From assembly GCA_048941015.1 (NCBI GenBank), contig JBHLNZ010000072.1, positions 1 through 14,811 on the forward strand: a DNA stretch of 14,811 bases. The letters are read 5' to 3'. This document shows, in pieces, positions 9,316 through 14,811 of this stretch; position 1 is the first letter of the stretch, and the number at the start of each line of letters is the position of its first letter. A program made the translations under genes and the position numbers. The DNA is from Promethearchaeota archaeon (lineage in GTDB: Archaea > Asgardarchaeota > Lokiarchaeia > Sigyniarchaeales > SOKP01). The notes beneath the pieces were generated by a model. The model was given only the letters and a program-made list of their open reading frames with translations. It searched no databases and was not told the origin of the DNA.

Positions 9316-9876
9316 ATGATAATGGTTGAAGATACCGAAAAAATTGAAATAATTGATAAAACAGAGAATAATTCTAGATTAACTCCACTTTTGAATATTT
9401 TTTGCTCGATTTTTGTAATAATCCTTGCTGGGATGGGATTTATATTATTTTTAATATATCCCTATTCACTTATGGGCTTTTTCATTAGTCTTTTCACCAT
9501 TTCAATTATGATGATGTATTTATTTTATCAATCAAAATCAAAAGGAATTATCAGAAAATTTACCCTTACCCCTTTAGATATTGAATTTTTAATGCCCAAT
9601 AAACCATATTTCCATATCAAATGGTCCGAATTTGATAAAATTGAGATAATCTTAAAAAAACTTGAAATGAAGCCTTTTGAAGTTTATGAGCTCCATTTTA
9701 TTAAAAACGATTCAAAAAGGTTATTTAAGTTTAGTATTCTTGACTTCAATAAGGCAAATTCGTCTCAGATCTTATATTTATTAAAAACCTATGCTAAAAT
9801 AAATAATAAAGAATTTAAAGCTCAAAAAGAAAGATTGATTTCTGGAATAGTCTTAGTGGAGGATCTTATAATATAA
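9316..9876 (+). CDS. Membrane protein: two N-terminal TM helices plus a soluble, possibly PH-like beta domain
   Basis: Two hydrophobic segments (about aa 25-50 and 52-70), then FTLTPLDIEF...FHIKWSEFDKIEI, a pattern typical of prokaryotic PH-like domains. Confidence 0.65.
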   Translation: MIMVEDTEKIEIIDKTENNSRLTPLLNIFCSIFVIILAGMGFILFLIYPYSLMGFFISLFTISIMMMYLFYQSKSKGIIRKFTLTPLDIEFLMPNKPYFHIKWSEFDKIEIILKKLEMKPFEVYELHFIKNDSKRLFKFSILDFNKANSSQILYLLKTYAKINNKEFKAQKERLISGIVLVEDLII

Positions 9877-9917
9877 TTTAAATATAAGAAGTTGTAAGAT
9901 ACATAATTGATGTTCAA

Positions 9918-11258
9918 TTATTCAACTCTTGCACCACAATTAGGACAAACATGAGCATTAGTTAAAGTTGTTCCACATATCTTACAAAGTTTAATTAATC
10001 TCTTTTTTGGTGGTTTTAATGAAGTTATTGAGATTTTCTCTTGAACCTGTGTGCTTTCTTCTGGAATGGATATAATAGTTTCTGAAATTTCGGGGACGAT
10101 ATTCTGATGATTATTTTTTGGTTTTATTTCTATTTCTTGGCCAAAATACCCACCAATTCTAACTTTTTTAGGTGTTAATTCTTTATCTTGATCAGATAAA
10201 CTTAAAGATTCTGTTTCGATATATTCATCATTATGACCGAGTGAATCTTCTAAAAAATCTTCATCAATTACCTTTTCCTCATAAAGTTCGTTTTCAGCCA
10301 TACCTAAATTGGATTCACTTTCCTCAAAAATCTCACGTTTATCCTGATCTTCTTCATATATTAGATTTACAATATCTTCATCCAATTTCAATAAAGTATC
10401 ACATTGAACGCATCTAAAAAGATGCTTGAAACCAATATTATTAGAAATAGAATATTCAGCAGCACAACATGTATGATATTTAATATTACAATTATAACAT
10501 TTATGGATTTCATCAGAATGGGCATCACATATTGGACATAATTCCTGCTGGCATATATCACATATTTCTTTATCTTCAGAATCTAGAGATATTAAATCAA
10601 CAGCTAGTCTTTCATAAAATGTTTTATCTTCTTCTAAAATATAATCGTCTTGATCAGGTTGAATAACATTAAATTCTGTTTTACTTTGTACCAGTGAAAT
10701 AAGGATATTTGGAAATAATTTTGGATCATTACAATAAAAAACACCACTATGAGTTTCAGATGATATCACTTTTAGTTTAACATCATCATCATAAAATTTC
10801 GCATCACCTATCCGAATAATATCAATAAAAGTATCAAAGCGTCTAGCTTTTATTAACAAATCATAGAGAGCAGTGTGGTAATCTTCAGATAATTTACTTG
10901 GAGTATCAGAAATTATTATAATTCGATAATTTTTTCTAGCTTTTTGACTTTTTCTGAAAACATAAGATAAGATCTCAAATAACCCATTTTCTAAATAACT
11001 CTGTTTAATTTCTCGCTCATCCCACTTATCATTTATAACCTCAATTACTGGGTCAATAATTTTTGCATCATAAACCGTAATTGGAGCCCCCTTTTCTTGA
11101 AATAAAAGTACACCGTAAGAACTAAGAGAGTTATATTTTTCTTTTTCCTTAGTAAATCCACTTATACCTTTTATTAGAGGTTTTTTTTTAAGAAAATCAG
11201 TAAGAAGATCAACATAAAAGATAAATTCTTCCGAATTTATTGTTATTTTCCTAAACAT
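9918..11258 (-). CDS. vWA-like domain + PHD/RING-like zinc finger + acidic linker + C-terminal zinc ribbon (paralogue B)
   Basis: vWA strands FIFYVDL, YGVLLF, RIIIISDTP, FIDIIRIG, ISSETHSGVFY. Cys cluster CDIC-CPIC-CYNC-x4-H-TCC-RCVQC (10401-10562). C-terminal CKIC...CPNC. SD-like GGAAGGG at 11261-11267. Confidence 0.8.
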   Translation of the reverse strand: MFRKITINSEEFIFYVDLLTDFLKKKPLIKGISGFTKEKEKYNSLSSYGVLLFQEKGAPITVYDAKIIDPVIEVINDKWDEREIKQSYLENGLFEILSYVFRKSQKARKNYRIIIISDTPSKLSEDYHTALYDLLIKARRFDTFIDIIRIGDAKFYDDDVKLKVISSETHSGVFYCNDPKLFPNILISLVQSKTEFNVIQPDQDDYILEEDKTFYERLAVDLISLDSEDKEICDICQQELCPICDAHSDEIHKCYNCNIKYHTCCAAEYSISNNIGFKHLFRCVQCDTLLKLDEDIVNLIYEEDQDKREIFEESESNLGMAENELYEEKVIDEDFLEDSLGHNDEYIETESLSLSDQDKELTPKKVRIGGYFGQEIEIKPKNNHQNIVPEISETIISIPEESTQVQEKISITSLKPPKKRLIKLCKICGTTLTNAHVCPNCGARVE

Positions 11259-11307
11259 ATCCCTTCCAAATCAAATTAGATAAATATATTCAAAAAATAC
11301 ATTAAAA

Positions 11308-11318
11308 TTATATAAAAA
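11308..11318 (-). promoter_or_regulatory. Putative TATA box for paralogue B
   Basis: Minus strand TTTTTATATAA about 50 nt upstream of the ATG at 11258. Confidence 0.35.
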
Positions 11319-11404
11319 TTATAACATAATTTTTATTTATGCTTATTGAAAAATATTAATCTTATTGCTAGTAATGAATTTCTAAGTAATCAAAGTGAAT
11401 AGAG

Positions 11405-11410
11405 AAAAAA
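11405..11410 (-). terminator. Putative oligo-T terminator after paralogue A
   Basis: TTTTTT immediately follows the TAA at 11411 on the minus strand. Confidence 0.3.
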
Positions 11411-12772
11411 TTATTCTAATAACTTATGACCACAATAAGGACAGGAATTATTAACTTTTTCTATGCTCTTAATAAGAGTCCCACATTGAGGACATCTAAT
11501 AATATCTTGTACTGGGTATTGTTTTACACCATCTTTAGATAGTACTGATGGTTTACGATACTTGATTTTATCTACTACTCTTTCTAATGTTGTTATTTTT
11601 TTTTCTATCTTTTTATCTCCATCAGAATCAGAAGGTGTTTTAATGATTTTTCGATAAACAATCTTATCACCTTCTTTAGAAACTGCATATATTTTTCCAA
11701 AAAATCCTCCTATCCTAACATTTTTTGGTTTAAGAACTTCAGGTTTTTCATCTTTAGTTCTATTATGTAAAGAAACTTCTGATTGGTGAGTTTCAGTAAT
11801 ATTTAAAATATTTTTCTCCAACTCTTGTTTTATAAATTTTTCAGCTGATTCAATTTGTGAGTTTTCAGGAATTACAATGTCATCTTGATTGATTTTTAAT
11901 AGAATATCGCAACTAGGATTTGGACAACGAAAAATATGAGGTATTCCAATATTGTTTTGTATAGCGTAATTAGTTATACAGCAGTTGTGATAACAACTTC
12001 CGCAATCTTCACAGATTAATGGAATATCATTAATATCTGTACAAACTGGGCATATATCTTCTTTACAAAAATAACACTTTAAATCTTGTTGCTCGAGAGA
12101 GGGAAAAATTAAATCTTTTGCGAGATAAGAATAGAAGTCATAATCATCCTTACTAATTTTAACTTTAGATATTTTATCTCCAGAAATTTCTAAATCTTGT
12201 TTTACTATTATTAATTTTTTAATTATTGAAGCAAAATCCTTCTTTTCATGGACATAGAAAATTTCACCATTAGTATCGCTAGCAAGAATGTTTAATTTGA
12301 CATCATCTTTAAAAAATCTTTTTGATTTATCTGAAATCCTAATTATGTCTATAAAAGTTGGAAAATTTTTGATTTTTGAAACTAGATTGAATAACGCTTC
12401 AGTGTATTCTTCTGATAAGTCGCTTGGAGTATCAGTTATAACAATTATTCTATTTTGTTTGGACTTTTTTCTTACTGTTTCGGCTATATATGAAAAACAG
12501 TAAAATAAACCATTTTCAAAAAAAGATTGTTTCTTTGGACGTGTTTTCCAATTCTCTTCAATAGCATTTGTGATTATATTCGAATCTTTTTTGCCCGTTA
12601 TAAAGATGGGATCACCTTCTTCTTGAAAAATCAGTAAACCATAATGTCCTTTAAGATTTATCTTATTTTTTTCTGCTATATAGTTTTTTATAGCCTTTAT
12701 TAAATCTTTTTTCTTTAAAATTTCTTTTGTTAAATCCAAATAGAAAAAAACATCTTCATAAAAAGCGCTCAT
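11411..12772 (-). CDS. vWA-like domain + PHD/RING-like zinc finger + linker + C-terminal zinc ribbon (paralogue A)
   Basis: VFFYLDL, YGLLIF, RIIVITDTP, FIDIIRIS, LASDTNGEIFY. Cys cluster CYFC-CPVC-CEDC-x4-H-NCC-RCPNPSC (11909-12076). C-terminal CPQC...CPYC. Colinear with 9918-11258. Confidence 0.8.
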   Translation of the reverse strand: MSAFYEDVFFYLDLTKEILKKKDLIKAIKNYIAEKNKINLKGHYGLLIFQEEGDPIFITGKKDSNIITNAIEENWKTRPKKQSFFENGLFYCFSYIAETVRKKSKQNRIIVITDTPSDLSEEYTEALFNLVSKIKNFPTFIDIIRISDKSKRFFKDDVKLNILASDTNGEIFYVHEKKDFASIIKKLIIVKQDLEISGDKISKVKISKDDYDFYSYLAKDLIFPSLEQQDLKCYFCKEDICPVCTDINDIPLICEDCGSCYHNCCITNYAIQNNIGIPHIFRCPNPSCDILLKINQDDIVIPENSQIESAEKFIKQELEKNILNITETHQSEVSLHNRTKDEKPEVLKPKNVRIGGFFGKIYAVSKEGDKIVYRKIIKTPSDSDGDKKIEKKITTLERVVDKIKYRKPSVLSKDGVKQYPVQDIIRCPQCGTLIKSIEKVNNSCPYCGHKLLE

Positions 12773-12925
12773 AAATGTAAAAATAACTCCAGATAATAAT
12801 TTAATTAAAGAATATTTTCTTTAATTATTTTTTATCTTACAAAATTTAAATAATAGATAGTTATATTACTTATTAATAAAAGTGAGAAATCTTCATAGAA
12901 ATAGAAAAAGAGTGAATGTATTAAA

Positions 12926-14811
12926 ATGGAGCAATTCTTAAAACAATTACATCTGTCTGAAAATGCAATTAAAATTTATCTTCAATCATTAGGTCGTTTA
13001 CCCTTATCATTTTTTGAGCTAAACTCAATAATACCTAATTTATCTAAAGGAGATTTTCAAAATACAATTAATGAACTTGTTGAACAAGGTTTATTGATCC
13101 CTATTATTCCTCAAGCTCCTGAAATTGTACCGCAATATCTAGCCATTCCTCCTTTTAATCCGATAATATCTTATATTTCAAATATTAATGCTAACCTTGA
13201 AAGCATTAAAAATCAATTACATCAATTACTAGCTAATACCCTTAAAAAAATTTTTCAGCAAAATGTAATTATAGAATTAGATACAACCTTTACAGCCATC
13301 CATGAGCTAAGAAAAGATTTTGAAGAAGAAACCATTATTCAAAAACAAGATGTTGATGATATTGTTCAAGGAATGGAAAATCTTAAAGTAACAGAGCAAA
13401 TTTTAAATGATCTTCATCAGACTGTTAAAGGGTTAATCCAAGTTGAGTTTTCTAATTTAATTAAGCTAATTACAAACCTAAAAAATGAGATACTTAAAAA
13501 TTTAGAATTGATAGATTTAAAGAAGCAAGAACAAGAAGTAATAATGGTTATAGAGAATGTCTTTAAATCAAATTTAGATAAACTTCTAAAAGATTTTACT
13601 ATAAAATTATATGAATTAATTGAAACAGAATTTACAAACACTATTGAATCATTAAATAATATTATAAGTTCAACTTTTCGCTTTAGGGATGATTTTAAAA
13701 TGCTTTTAGTTAATATTTTAAATAATTTTGAAATCAAAATTAATAATATTACAGAATTCATTAAAAAGAAGAAGGAAACTCTTTCAGATGATCTAAATTC
13801 ATTTGAACAAGCAATCGAGAAAAGTTTTGACCAAATAATCCGTAATTCAGTAGAATCTGTAGCAGCATTGAATAATCCTATTGATAAATTAATGAAAGGC
13901 TATTACTTAGCAATAACTAAATCTGATGCAGTAAAAGTTAATGATTTTTGGCTAGTCAAGAATTTATCTCGTGTAAATGAAGAGATTAAGAACCTTATTA
14001 ATAATTCAAAGAATGAACTAACTTTAATTCTACCCAAGATTGAAAATCATTTAGAATTAGAACAATTTAAGAAAATTTCTAGTACTCTAAAGATAAAGAT
14101 AGCTTCCTCAGAAGCTCATACTAATAGTAATGTAAAGAAGTTTAAAGAGATAAAAGCTTTGGAATATAAAATGCTTAAAAATGAAAATATTATTATAATG
14201 AAGGGAGACGATAATTATATCGTTATAGGAGTTATTGAAAATAAAAGAGATTTTATGAATAATTTCATTGGATTTGGAAGCAATAATAAACCATTAATTA
14301 ATTTGATTGAGCCTATTATCAAAACTACATGGAATATAGCAAGTTCTGATTTGTATGAAGCTCCTAAATCTATTGGGATGAAGAAAACAGAAATTAGTAA
14401 TGTTGAAGTATCTAAACCTGAAACTTTAAAACCATTTAAGCCAATTCCGGAACCTAAATCAGTTTCACCTGCTGATTCCTCTTTAAATGTAAAAAAGGGC
14501 CAATTTATTAGTCCAAGTCAAACAGTTATTAGAGAGAATGATTTTTCACAGAAAATTCAACACCAAGTAAGTTTTACATCAAAAGTATCACCTAAAGAGG
14601 GAAATGATACTAGTAATCTTATAAGTAATGCATTTTATACTTTAATCCAGAAGTTAGGTACCTTAAAGGGCTATCAATTTAGTCAAGAATTACAGAGTGT
14701 ATCTGACTTAATATTAGAAAAAAAAGGATTTTCTACAACTTTACATAAGTTAAGAAGTTTAATCCTTAAATATAAAGAAAATAATTCAGTTTTAAATCAA
14801 ACAGAGATAAA
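12926..14811 (+). CDS. Large multidomain protein (partial, >628 aa): TrmB-like winged HTH + long helical/coiled-coil region + PLD-like (TrmB effector-type) domain + Pro/Ser/Lys linker + helical C-terminal domain; not in ORF track
   Basis: Open frame from ATG 12926 to the window end. MEQFLKQLHLSENAIKIYLQSLG...INELVEQGLL...YLAIPP is a TrmB HTH pattern. About 250 aa of amphipathic helix follow, then FWLVKNLSRVNEEIKNLINNSKNELTLILP...MKGDDNYIVIG (PLD-like fold, no HKD motif). Confidence 0.85.
   Translation, partial: MEQFLKQLHLSENAIKIYLQSLGRLPLSFFELNSIIPNLSKGDFQNTINELVEQGLLIPIIPQAPEIVPQYLAIPPFNPIISYISNINANLESIKNQLHQLLANTLKKIFQQNVIIELDTTFTAIHELRKDFEEETIIQKQDVDDIVQGMENLKVTEQILNDLHQTVKGLIQVEFSNLIKLITNLKNEILKNLELIDLKKQEQEVIMVIENVFKSNLDKLLKDFTIKLYELIETEFTNTIESLNNIISSTFRFRDDFKMLLVNILNNFEIKINNITEFIKKKKETLSDDLNSFEQAIEKSFDQIIRNSVESVAALNNPIDKLMKGYYLAITKSDAVKVNDFWLVKNLSRVNEEIKNLINNSKNELTLILPKIENHLELEQFKKISSTLKIKIASSEAHTNSNVKKFKEIKALEYKMLKNENIIIMKGDDNYIVIGVIENKRDFMNNFIGFGSNNKPLINLIEPIIKTTWNIASSDLYEAPKSIGMKKTEISNVEVSKPETLKPFKPIPEPKSVSPADSSLNVKKGQFISPSQTVIRENDFSQKIQHQVSFTSKVSPKEGNDTSNLISNAFYTLIQKLGTLKGYQFSQELQSVSDLILEKKGFSTTLHKLRSLILKYKENNSVLNQTEI

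Noticed and set aside
10172-10417. 81-aa plus-strand ORF
   Set aside because: Shadow of paralogue B.
12288-12503. 71-aa plus-strand ORF
   Set aside because: Shadow of paralogue A.
13417-13761. 114-aa minus-strand ORF
   Set aside because: Antisense to the real, untracked plus-strand gene starting at 12926.

Overview
AT-rich archaeal chromosomal window, probably from an Asgard (Lokiarchaeia-like) genome. This is inferred from the archaeal-type HypB, TATA/BRE-like promoters, a HEAT-type module typical of Lokiarchaeal LRR proteins and a TrmB-HTH/coiled-coil protein. In order it holds: the end of a DUF47/PhoU-like gene and a PiT phosphate transporter; an unannotated 50-aa RanBP2/NZF-spaced zinc-finger gene; a tyrosine phenol-lyase; a 5'-truncated ABC-2 permease remnant; a SAM methyltransferase; a stand-alone LbH protein; a HypB lacking its metal-ligand His; an Ord-like amine dehydrogenase next to a GSAM-like class III aminotransferase; a HEAT-like protein; and a 2-TM protein. 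These are followed by the most interesting feature, a tandem pair of paralogues with the architecture degenerate vWA + PHD/RING-like Cys cluster + conserved VRIGG(Y/F)FG motif + C-terminal zinc ribbon. A >628-aa TrmB-HTH/coiled-coil/PLD-like ORF, missing from the ORF track, runs divergently off the right end. No RNA genes, CRISPR arrays or transposases were seen. All family calls come from motif recognition by eye; no searches were run.
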